Origin: Botryllus schlosseri
Lineage: Eukaryota
Reading direction: 5' to 3'
Length of the DNA stretch: 64,000 bases
Assembly: GCA_051294905.1 (NCBI GenBank)
Contig: CM119372.1
Span: 36,396,001-36,460,000 of the forward strand
Shown: piece by piece, positions 38,115 to 49,400 of the stretch
Layout of the letters: each line of letters starts with the position of its first letter
How positions within the stretch are numbered: position 1 is the stretch's first letter
The notes under the pieces: model-generated
Databases searched by the model: none
The model's input: the letters and a program-made list of their open reading frames with translations, nothing else
Told to the model about the DNA's origin: nothing
Made by a program: the position numbers and the translations under genes

Positions 38115-38950
38115 CGGGGGTGTCAAACTCAAATTGCGTCGCGGGCCGGGTTCAAGCCTTCAAATCGCTCGCGGGCCGGACCAGTCAACTGATTCCAAAA
38201 TGTTTCCTCGTGCTCTTGCTTTTCACTTGAATACCTTGAAAGCATATATAGATGGTACGCGGATCATAGGATTTTAAAGTATAGCAAGTCGCAAAACCTC
38301 TATTCGCGAACAATGGAATTGGCAAAAATACGATGATGGTCAGTTGAATACAGTTAAGAACTGCTGAAACAGTGGCGTTAACGAAGATATAAGTTGCCAT
38401 ATCCTATGCTCCCTTTGATTTAGTCGTGGTCTGGCATTAGCCCTGCGTATGGGTTGCGAGGAATACAACAAATTTAATTGAAAACGCGGACGTTGGAGTT
38501 TGGTTTATTATTAATAAACCGCGAGTTCGGTTTCTCTCAAGTCTGGGGATATATTGGGTCGAAATTGACACAGCGGTGCGACCATAAATCTTTTAATTAT
38601 ATATTTATGCAACCAATCTATTCTCCCTGTCCACGACGGTTCCGCATTGGCGTTTTCGCTTCTGTGAATAACTACCTTCTTGGTCCATATTTGTATCAAA
38701 CTACGGACTTGGTGTGCACTTTTTGCCTTCTTGAAATTGGATGTTGATTTCACCGACTTGTTATTATGTAACTAGAGTGAAACCACAGCGATGTAGTCGG
38801 GAAATGGGATTATGAACATGGAAGTATTTCCTGCAAAATATCTCAACATTTGTTACAAATGTGCTGGAAAATATATAAAAATAATTCAATCTACTCAGAA
38901 TTGCATCGCGGGCCGGATGCGGCCAGCTGGCCGTATGTTTGACACCCCTG
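38115..38950. mobile_element. hAT-type MITE
   Basis: CGGGGGTGTCAAAC...GTTTGACACCCCTG with GCGGGCCG subterminal motifs. Flanks GGGTTAAC / GGTTAAAC. Confidence 0.65.
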
Positions 38951-39354
38951 GGTTAAACAGTGGTCTTTAGCTATATATATGTTTAAATGCTTTCCGTAAA
39001 AATTCAACCCCTATTGAAGCGAGGCTCGCGAAACGTTTTCGTTGGGCCCGTGACAGCCTGGTGAAAATGTTTACCTTTTTTAAGCCAACATCTAAGCTAA
39101 CATGAAAAACATACGAAATTCATCGTATCCATCGCAAGCGAACTTGGTGATTTATTTTTCGTCAGCAGCTACCCGAACGGTACAAACACGGCAGATTTAG
39201 CGCAATGTTTCCAAAACGGAAAGTGGCGTCCTAATTCCTTTTGATTTAGTTGTTTTCTAACCAGTGTTAAATAATTGATACGGAAGTAGCCCGCGATGCT
39301 TTACCAAAGTGTAATGCGGTCCGCATTCGACATAGTTTGGGCACATCTAAATAT

Positions 39355-39526
39355 TGTATTGTATTAATCGGCACGACACAGTGGAGCTTATCGCCTTTCA
39401 AGGCCTTGTGCTCCACGACATGAATTTCATAAAGTTCATTGGTCTTTTGCTTTTTGTCTTGTTGGGAACGTCTTTTTCATTCTCTCTCGCAGTCATCATC
39501 ATTGTCTCTCGCTCCCATGCGTCCCC
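39355..39526 (-). mobile_element. tRNA-derived SINE, 3' half
   Basis: Minus strand: GGGGACGCATG...TGTCGTGGAGCACAAGGCCTTGAAAGGCGATAAGCTCCACTG...TAATACAATACA. Colinear with the uninterrupted SINE tail at about 28812-29033. Bounded by CACATCTAAATAT at 39342-39354, the partner of the 13-bp TSD. Confidence 0.8.
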
Positions 39527-40069
39527 ATCGTGAGTAGTATAGTAGATCGCTCGCATGACGCGCTTTTTTGCATGGGGTAGTATAGGGCCCGCTCACACGG
39601 TGCCTCGAAACTCGTATTGGTGACCCCACCCTTTTGACCCCCCCTTCCGCTGGTGACCTGCCATGCGTTCTTATGGGATCTCTGGTGACCCCACCCTTTC
39701 AGGTATAGGGCTCGCTCATGACCTGCCGTGAAAACTCGTGTTGGTGACTCCACCCTTTTCGAGTCCCTATCGCTGATGACCTGCCGTATCGTCGGTGATA
39801 CCACTCTTTCAGGTATACGTTGTGTCGATGACCTGTCTGATAACGTTACGGGTATAGGGATCTCTGGTGAAGTGGTGTTGAATATCAAGTATAGTAAACA
39901 GTGACGCCATTACTTAGTATGTATATTCAAAAATATTATATATGACCGATTTGAGTTATTCCCAACGTTTACGGCGAGCGCGACTTTAATATATCTTTAT
40001 TCTTATGGCCGCGGTGGCATGTCGTACTCTCAGGTATAGGCTGCGTTGACATGTCGTAATTTCAGTAAA

Positions 40070-40720
40070 AAGGTGTGAAATAGTTGGTTAAATCTAGGAA
40101 TCAGCCGCATGGTAATGTTTTGGTAATTAGTTTGCCACAGAGCCGGCGTAGACGGCGATTCGAATACCAACAATATCCGCGTTCACATAGTAACACTTCA
40201 AAAAGTTGTGAAATATTTGTAAAATCCTACGAGCGCTCACAAGATAACACGTCAGACATAGCCATCTCTCGCGGTTTGATGTTACAGAGGTAGGAATCAC
40301 GCACAAGTAATATTTTGTCACAGAACCGGCGTAGACGGGGATTCCAATACCAGCAATAGCCGCGTTCACAAACTAACACTTCAAAAAGGCGTGAAATAGG
40401 TTGCAAATCCCGCGATCGCTGACAAGATAACACCTCAGACATAGCGATCACTTGTGACTTGCTGTTACATACATTCCAATCGCCACAATGTAATATTTTG
40501 ATAATCAGTATGTCACAGAACTGGATTTCACTGGTAAAATTGAATAACTAACAAATAACAGAACCGTCGCAGACGGTGATTCGAATACCGACAAATTCTC
40601 ACTTATTTCTGACCCAACCCTAATCCTCTGTGAAGTTGACGCTTATTCAAAAAGGTGTGAAATAATTGTAAAATCCTACGTCGGTGACGCGATAATGCAT
40701 CAGACATAGCGATCTAGGTA
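40070..40720. repeat. About 183-bp diverged repeats in the left arm (mirror at about 51700-52350)
   Basis: CAGA(G/A)CCG(G/T)CG(T/C)AGACGG...ATACC at about 40138, 40321 and 40559. CAGACATAGC recurs three times. Confidence 0.75.
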
Positions 40721-43700
40721 TAGTACGGTGTCGGAATCCATTCGCGAGATGTTCTATAGGTATATTGAGGTAATCCGAAACGAAATATTTTGACTTGGCG
40801 TAGTGTGGGTTGAAATAGGATTGACAAACATGACTACCATCTTTCCAAGTGCCATTTCGAAATTATACGCACATTGATTTGAAACAAATAATGAAACATT
40901 ACAACTCTATTCACGATCCGTCTTTCCGTTTGTCAAAGAGACATTTTAACACCTTACCATACTCAAAAGAATTATTCACAACAATACCCGATGTTAAAAA
41001 TATAGTTTTAACTTCCTTGATTATATCACTACAACTCGCAAACTTGAATTAATTCATCCTGGTTGTATTCATATGACCGATAATTTTTATTCAACTGTAA
41101 AGGTCGTTACTATTCTGTAAGACAAAGTATTTACTAATCGGTGCATATACGACTTGACATAAACCTATTTCATTTTGAGTATACGAGATTTGAATGTCTG
41201 AACAATAAACTGAGAATTAAATTATCACAAGTGAATCCGTATATTACAGCGTAAAAGATATTGGAATGTCAGCAACTCTGTACGGTCATAGTTACTACCA
41301 CATTACCTAATTTACCCGGCCAACTCGTCATGATCATCCCTGAAATCAACACAACATGACCACTGACTTGAGTTAACCCAAAACATCATAAAGTTTTAAA
41401 TCCACTTGTAGCTTACGTATTATTTGAATGCGGGTTATGTTTTATTGCAATCGAGTTAACGGAAATAGTATTAAGGCTCGACATTTTAACATTTTACCAT
41501 ACTCAGTCAATCAGGAAAACCTTGTCAAGTAAATCCGTTTGTAACTTACCCGACCAACTCAAACAGTATCAGTATGAAAAACAGCCAAGCATACACGAGT
41601 CCATACAATCACTAAAACCTAAAATCCATAACAAGTTCGGTTTTACTCATATCCCTACGACGCGTCTTTTTTCAACTTTAAAAGTCGTTACTATTCTGTA
41701 AGATAGAGGAATTACTACGCGGTATATTCTGCAAGACAAAGTTATTATTACTCGATATATTTTGTAAGACAAAAGTAATTTCCACTCGGTGCAGGCGACT
41801 TGAGATTAACATAATATGTTTGAGTATACGAGATTTGAAAGTCTGATCAACGTATAGTTGCGACTTCATTTCTTACAATCGAACGCTGCTGTTATATCGA
41901 AAGTTACCATTCTGTAAACATAAGGATTGATACATTGATGTGCCATATGTAATAGTTGATCATGACTTGATTATTAAATTATTCGTTTTAATTAGACCCG
42001 GCGTTGTGGTAAAGGTTATTATGACAACAACAATCTTTTCAGTACCGTTGTTATTAACATATCGAGTTGTAAAACTATGCGTGTCTGAAATGTTCATGAT
42101 TGAAGAAATTATTCCACCTTGGTACATATCACTCTGCGTATCGCGGATATCAGAAAATATTTTACAAATGTAATTGTTTCCAGTACCCAAACTAAAGATG
42201 AAACAACAATTTCGTTTGCTGATTAACAACCGGTGCAATACTTTATTGTCGGAATCTGCGACATCGAATTGAAACATACGCACATCACACAGTACGAAAA
42301 TATCACTTTGGGCTCCGGAGCGGTGTCATTTAATCTGTGTTAAACTCTGTTCACACTCTCTGTCGAAAATGCGTGAAATGTAAAACCATTAAGAGGTCAC
42401 ACTCTAAGACTTTGATCATCAAAAAAGTAAATAGAGGTATCTTTACTGGATCGATTCTATTCAACTGGTCTTGGTTAATACAAAAAAAACCATAACAATA
42501 ATATCGAAGTATGTGCTACACTGAAATCTACAAAAATGTGTTTGTATTGCTGCGATATCGATTTGAACCTCCAGAATAATTGTCATCATGTAACCAAACT
42601 AAGGAAAGTCGTTGTCAATTTGTATGATGTTCACTGATTGCATACTAGAACTATTTGTGCAACGCACACGATCAAAGAAATTGGAAATTTTCCCATTGCC
42701 ATTCGTCACAATATTCGGTCACTAAAATACGTTACTTGGATGTGATTGAATCGCTGGTAGTTAACTCGATAAATCAAACCCCTAAGAAATTTCACTCACT
42801 CATTAGATATTAAACAGTGTCGCCTAATCGGCGTGGGTCGCTTTTTATAAATACAAATCATACCTGGCCAACAGAAAACAATTTTCACTAGCTTGGTAAT
42901 GAAACCGAAGTCTCCATTCGATATTTTGTTTGTGTCAAATACTTTACAATGAACACATTTGCGTGGTTGAGCTTTACATCATCAAGCTGTTATTTGTAAA
43001 TCAAGATTTCGGGAAACTTGTAAATGTATCGTTTAACTAACCGACATTTAGTGATTGGGGAACATACCAAACGATACACATCCATCTCCGAAATACTGCA
43101 TTGATCTTCATTTCCATCATCGTGATAAGCGAAGTACATTTGTTTTGAATTCATAACAATAGGCTTTTCTATGACATGATAAATTATTGACAAGTTCTGC
43201 TTAGAAGATTGGTTGCATATCACGAAAAATAATATACCACACATATTATTACTGTTACTCCATTCATCGGTATTTTTTCCGTTGTCGATTTTCAAACGAG
43301 TAAAATTTATTACTTGAGTCGCTCTGCTTACTATATTTAAATGTAAACTCCCCCCGTCTTTCAACAACAAACAATGTTAAAAAAGTATGCAATCAAACAC
43401 AGCAAGTTTTACGATACTAATTATTTTCCCACATAACCCATTTCTTACCGAAGACATATGAAATATATTCATGTTACACGAAAATATTCGCTCATGCTAC
43501 AAACCTATACAATGATTGGTGGTGCTTTCAAACTGTTTCGATACCTCAAGAACTTTATTGTCTGAATGGTTGTTCATGTATCGTAATAATCAAGTAGTTC
43601 AACACAGAACTAGTATTAACAGAAACACCAGAGTTGTTTACACAAAAGTTTGTATGTGTACAGTATACGGATACCATGTGTAAGACCAGCACAATTGTGG

Positions 43701-44589
43701 TATCCATACGAGTTTAGTTAACACAATTTACGACACCGAGGTCGCGTCATCTTTCGTAAGACAACAAACCAAGGCTTCAGGATATGTCCATGTCATAGCA
43801 ATAAATCAGCTACTCCAACAACAGAGTGCATATGTTTTCTAGTTACGGTGCTTACATCTTACACACAAATCAATCTACTTTGCTAACGAAAAGTGGTGAG
43901 TCGTCATATGGTTGTCCTCACTAGTAAAACATACTATCATACAAAATGGTCGTTATAGTTTGCACACCAACGGTATATCGTACAAGTAACAAGTCTCGAG
44001 AATCCAGTTATTCAAAAAACGTGAAAGTATTTCTACACCAAGTCGTTATGTTGACGAAAGCGTATATTGTAATATCATGATCGATTTGCATTCGTTGGTC
44101 ACAAACTGTCACTACTCTAAATAATTCTTTTTCGCTCAAACACAAACGCATACTTGTCACCATTCGTTTTCATCAAGCTCGAGTTCAAGAAACTTCTTAC
44201 TACGACATGAATTTTTATTTTTATGTTGTGTAAATAGCTAATAATTAATTCAAGTAACACTATATCAACATCATCGAGTTGTGCTAATAGATTTACATGT
44301 GGTCTTGTGGTTTTCGTCGGGACATACAGCACGAACTAACTGTAGACTCCTCTCTGTTGTACAGCTACTCGGTAATCGAAATGCATTAACATGTAAACAA
44401 CGATCTTGTTTCGTCACACCAAAAATATGTTCACTGTCGCGATACTCCGCACAAGACGTACATAGCCTTTTCACACTCGTAATAGTATACCAACGTCAAG
44501 CGATAACGTTTAACAAGACCAACGACACTGAACCCACGACGTTTACCTATGTAAAATTACCACTTTCACTTGCCAGTCCATCGTTTACC

Positions 44590-45125
44590 TGACTAAACAT
44601 ATTATTTTCCTTTGGAGATCTGACGTTTACCCAGAGTAAGAAACCATTTTCACTTGTAAATATTTTTTTTCCTCGGCTAACAAACCTTTTTTCACTTGGA
44701 AATATATATTTTCTCTGGTTAACAAACCTTTTTCACTTGGAAATATATTTTTTCTCTGGTTAACAAACCTTTTTCACTTGGAAATATATTTTTTCTCTGG
44801 GCAACAAACCTTTTTCACTTGGAAATATATTTTTTCCCCGGGTAACAAACCTTTTTACCTGAGCAACAAACCATTTTCACTTGGTGGTCCGTCGTTTATC
44901 TGAGTAAAAATATCATTTTCCTTTGGAGATCCGGCGTTTACCCAGTGTAACAATACATTTTCACTTGAAAAAAATACTTTTACCTAGAGTAACTAATCAT
45001 TTTCTCCTGGGTAACAAACCCTTTTCGTCTGGAAACTATCATTTAACTGAGTACCAATACCGTTTTCACTTGGAAATACATTTTTTCCCTGGGTAACAAT
45101 ACCATTTTCGTTTGGAAAACGGACA
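44590..45125. repeat. About 41-42-bp minisatellite inside the left arm (mirror at about 47295-47830)
   Basis: Repeating AACAAACCTTTTTCACTTGGAAATATATTTTTTCTCTGGT units. Confidence 0.85.
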
Positions 45126-46191
45126 ACCACACCGGACAATTTGATATTTTTGTATATTGTTACAACGGACAGCGACAAAATATACACCAACAACGACTGC
45201 AATACATTTGTGTAATAGCTTATTCACTTGTTCTGGTGCATCCCATCGAAATCCTCAGTTACCCGCATGCAATGTGCTGTTGTACATCGACGTGTATGTT
45301 TTGGAAATTGGACAATAGGTTTCGACATGTCTGCGATGTCCGGGTTCGTGCTTTGGATTTTCCAGAGTCAAAATGTCTGAATAAAACACCTCCTCGACTT
45401 CGGTAAATGTTTGGCACGCAGATAACGACGGTCGGACATCGACGAATTTATGTTTCCATCGGGCTAACAACTCCGGGTTACTTGTGATTTATCTCACACG
45501 TGTTTACTATGTTGTGTCGCTCTTTATTGATCAATACATACCACACCATTCAGTTTGAAATCGGAAACCCCGAGAAATCGTTAACCGGATCCGGATATCA
45601 ACTCTAAATCGATAAACCACATGCCACACCCCGTGTTTCCATGAAAATTACAAGACATCGCAAAAATCAAGTATACTTCGCTATTATTTGCCCGCACAAG
45701 TAATCACTTAAAGGATGTGTATGACATTACATACATCATGGATAACATCGTGTCTAGCATTACAAACATCATGGGCGACAAATTCGTCTTCTCAAGTCCC
45801 GTCATGCGCAGACTCTGTACATTCAGTGTGGGTATAGATGACTTGGAGATAAACAAACAGACATCTTTGACCGTAACATGGCCTTAGCACGAGAATTCTT
45901 TACACGGGTGCAACGTCGCAGTCAGACATCTTTAACAGTGATTCCGCGTATGGAAATCTTAAATTCGATTGCAGTTTTTGTAATCCGAGTTACTGGGTTT
46001 CTGTGGTGTGAAGACTAAATTCGTGTTGATCCCCGCTGTAAGAGTGTGATGTCCATTTCACACCTAGAGCAATTATAAAACGCATCTTCGAAACTTTTGA
46101 TCTATTTCATCCGCTTGCATTTCGAAACGGATCAGCACCACAAGGCAATTGAAAAAACTTTGTCGTTACCTGATTATATACACGAGTAAGG

Positions 46192-46467
46192 ATGGGACTA
46201 CGCGTAACTTTCCATAGATTCCTCTGGCCTCACACCGTTGTTTTACGACACAGACAAGACGCAGCGGTGGAAATATTGAAAATGAAAAACGATACCTTGG
46301 TTACATTTGATTTGGATTTTACACCTGATGAACCATACACTCGATTGGTGCATTGGGATGACGACTCTATCGTCGAGGTTGAGGGGAAAGAAATGTACAG
46401 ATTTGTTGGTGTCGTGGATATTCAACGAAAATCGGGGTACATGATAGTACATGGTTCGCATATATGA
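46192..46467 (+). CDS. Putative small (91 aa) protein of unknown function in the palindrome spacer
   Basis: True ATG...TGA ORF with globular-looking composition, preceded by TATA-like TTATAAAA (about 46073) and TTATATA (about 46174). It lies wholly in the unique spacer. No homology recognised. Confidence 0.35.
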   Translation: MGLRVTFHRFLWPHTVVLRHRQDAAVEILKMKNDTLVTFDLDFTPDEPYTRLVHWDDDSIVEVEGKEMYRFVGVVDIQRKSGYMIVHGSHI

Positions 46468-49400
46468 CTATGAATGTATCGGTATGCATAATGCTCTGTT
46501 CACTGTATCGATATCACCGATGGTATTTGAACGAATAACCATGTTACGGTCAAAGATGTCTGTTTGTCTATCTCCAAGTCATCTATACCCACACTGAATG
46601 TACAGAGTCTGCGCATGACGGGACTTGAGAAGACGAATTTGTCGCCCATGATGTTTGTAATGCTAGACACGATGTTATCCATGATGTATGTAATGTCATA
46701 CACATCCTTTAAGTGATTACTTGTGCGGGCAAATAATAGCGAAGTATACTTGATTTTTGCGATGTCTTGTAATTTTCATGGAAACACGGGGTGTGGCATG
46801 TGGTTTATCGATTCAGAGTTGATATCCGGATCCGGTTAACGATTTCTCGGGGTTTCCGATTTCAAACTGAATGGTGTGGTATGTATTGATCAATAAAGAG
46901 CGACACAACATAGTAAACACGTGTGAGATAAATCACAAGTAACCCGGAGTTGTTAGCCCGATGGAAACATAAATTCGTCGATGTCCGACCGTCGTTATCT
47001 GCGTGCCAAACATTTACCGAAGTCGAGGAGGTGTTTTATTCAGACATTTTGACTCTGGAAAATCCAAAGCACGAACCCGGACATCGCAGACATGTCGAAA
47101 CCTATTGTCCAATTTCCAAAACATACACGTCGATGTACAACAGCACATTGCAAGCGGGTAACTGAGGATTTCGATGGGATGCACCAGAACAAGTGAATAA
47201 GCTATTACACAAATGTATTGCAGTCGTTGTTGGTGTATATTTTGTCGCTGTCCGTTGTAACAATATACAAAAATATCAAATTGTCCGGTGTGGTTGTCCG
47301 TTTTCCAAACGAAAATGGTATTGTTACCCAGGGAAAAAATGTATTTCCAAGTGAAAACGGTATTGGTACTCAGTTAAATGATAGTTTCCAGACGAAAAGG
47401 GTTTGTTACCCAGGAGAAAATGATTAGTTACTCTAGGTAAAAGTATTTTTTTCAAGTGAAAATGTATTGTTACACTGGGTAAACGCCGGATCTCCAAAGG
47501 AAAATGATATTTTTACTCAGATAAACGACGGACCACCAAGTGAAAATGGTTTGTTGCTCAGGTAAAAAGGTTTGTTACCCGGGGAAAAAATATATTTCCA
47601 AGTGAAAAAGGTTTGTTGCCCAGAGAAAAAATATATTTCCAAGTGAAAAAGGTTTGTTAACCAGAGAAAAAATATATTTCCAAGTGAAAAAGGTTTGTTA
47701 ACCAGAGAAAATATATATTTCCAAGTGAAAAAAGGTTTGTTAGCCGAGGAAAAAAAATATTTACAAGTGAAAATGGTTTCTTACTCTGGGTAAACGTCAG
47801 ATCTCCAAAGGAAAATAATATGTTTAGTCAGGTAAACGATGGACTGGCAAGTGAAAGTGGTAATTTTACATAGGTAAACGTCGTGGGTTCAGTGTCGTTG
47901 GTCTTGTTAAACGTTATCGCTTGACGTTGGTATACTATTACGAGTGTGAAAAGGCTATGTACGTCTTGTGCGGAGTATCGCGACAGTGAACATATTTTTG
48001 GTGTGACGAAACAAGATCGTTGTTTACATGTTAATGCATTTCGATTACCGAGTAGCTGTACAACAGAGAGGAGTCTACAGTTAGTTCGTGCTGTATGTCC
48101 CGACGAAAACCACAAGACCACATGTAAATCTATTAGCACAACTCGATGATGTTGATATATTGTTACTTGAATTAATTATTACCTATTTACACAACATAAA
48201 AATAAAAATTCATGTCGTAGTAAGAAGTTTCTTGAACTCGAGCTTGATGAAAACGAATGGTGACAAGTATGCGTTTGTGTTTGAGCGAAAAAGAATTATT
48301 TAGAGTAGTGACAGTTTGTGACCAACGAATGCAAATCGATCATGATATTACAATATACGCTTTCGTCAACATAACGACTTGGTGTAGAAATACTTTCACG
48401 TTTTTTGAATAACTGGATTCTCGAGACTTGTTACTTGTACGATATACCGTTGGTGTGCAAACTATAACGACCATTTTGTATGATAGTATGTTTTACTAGT
48501 GAGGACAACCATATGACGACTCACCACTTTTCGTTAGCAAAGTAGATTGATTTGTGTGTAAGATGTAAGCACCGTAACTAGAAAACATATGCACTCTGTT
48601 GTTGGAGTAGCTGATTTATTGCTATGACATGGACATATCCTGAAGCCTTGGTTTGTTGTCTTACGAAAGATGACGCGACCTCGGTGTCGTAAATTGTGTT
48701 AACTAAACTCGTATGGATACCACAATTGTGCTGGTCTTACACATGGTATCCGTATACTGTACACATACAAACTTTTGTGTAAACAACTCTGGTGTTTCTG
48801 TTAATACTAGTTCTGTGTTGAACTACTTGATTATTACGATACATGAACAACCATTCAGACAATAAAGTTCTTGAGGTATCGAAACAGTTTGAAAGCACCA
48901 CCAATCATTGTATAGGTTTGTAGCATGAGCGAATATTTTCGTGTAACATGAATATATTTCATATGTCTTCGGTAAGAAATGGGTTATGTGGGAAAATAAT
49001 TAGTATCGTAAAACTTGCTGTGTTTGATTGCATACTTTTTTAACATTGTTTGTTGTTGAAAGACGGGGGGAGTTTACATTTAAATATAGTAAGCAGAGCG
49101 ACTCAAGTAATAAATTTTACTCGTTTGAAAATCGACAACGGAAAAAATACCGATGAATGGAGTAACAGTAATAATATGTGTGGTATATTATTTTTCGTGA
49201 TATGCAACCAATCTTCTAAGCAGAACTTGTCAATAATTTATCATGTCATAGAAAAGCCTATTGTTATGAATTCAAAACAAATGTACTTCGCTTATCACGA
49301 TGATGGAAATGAAGATCAATGCAGTATTTCGGAGATGGATGTGTATCGTTTGGTATGTTCCCCAATCACTAAATGTCGGTTAGTTAAACGATACATTTAC

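Noticed and set aside
44590..45125. CRISPR-like array
   Set aside because: Units are contiguous tandem copies without unique spacers, no cas genes are present, and the context is eukaryotic.
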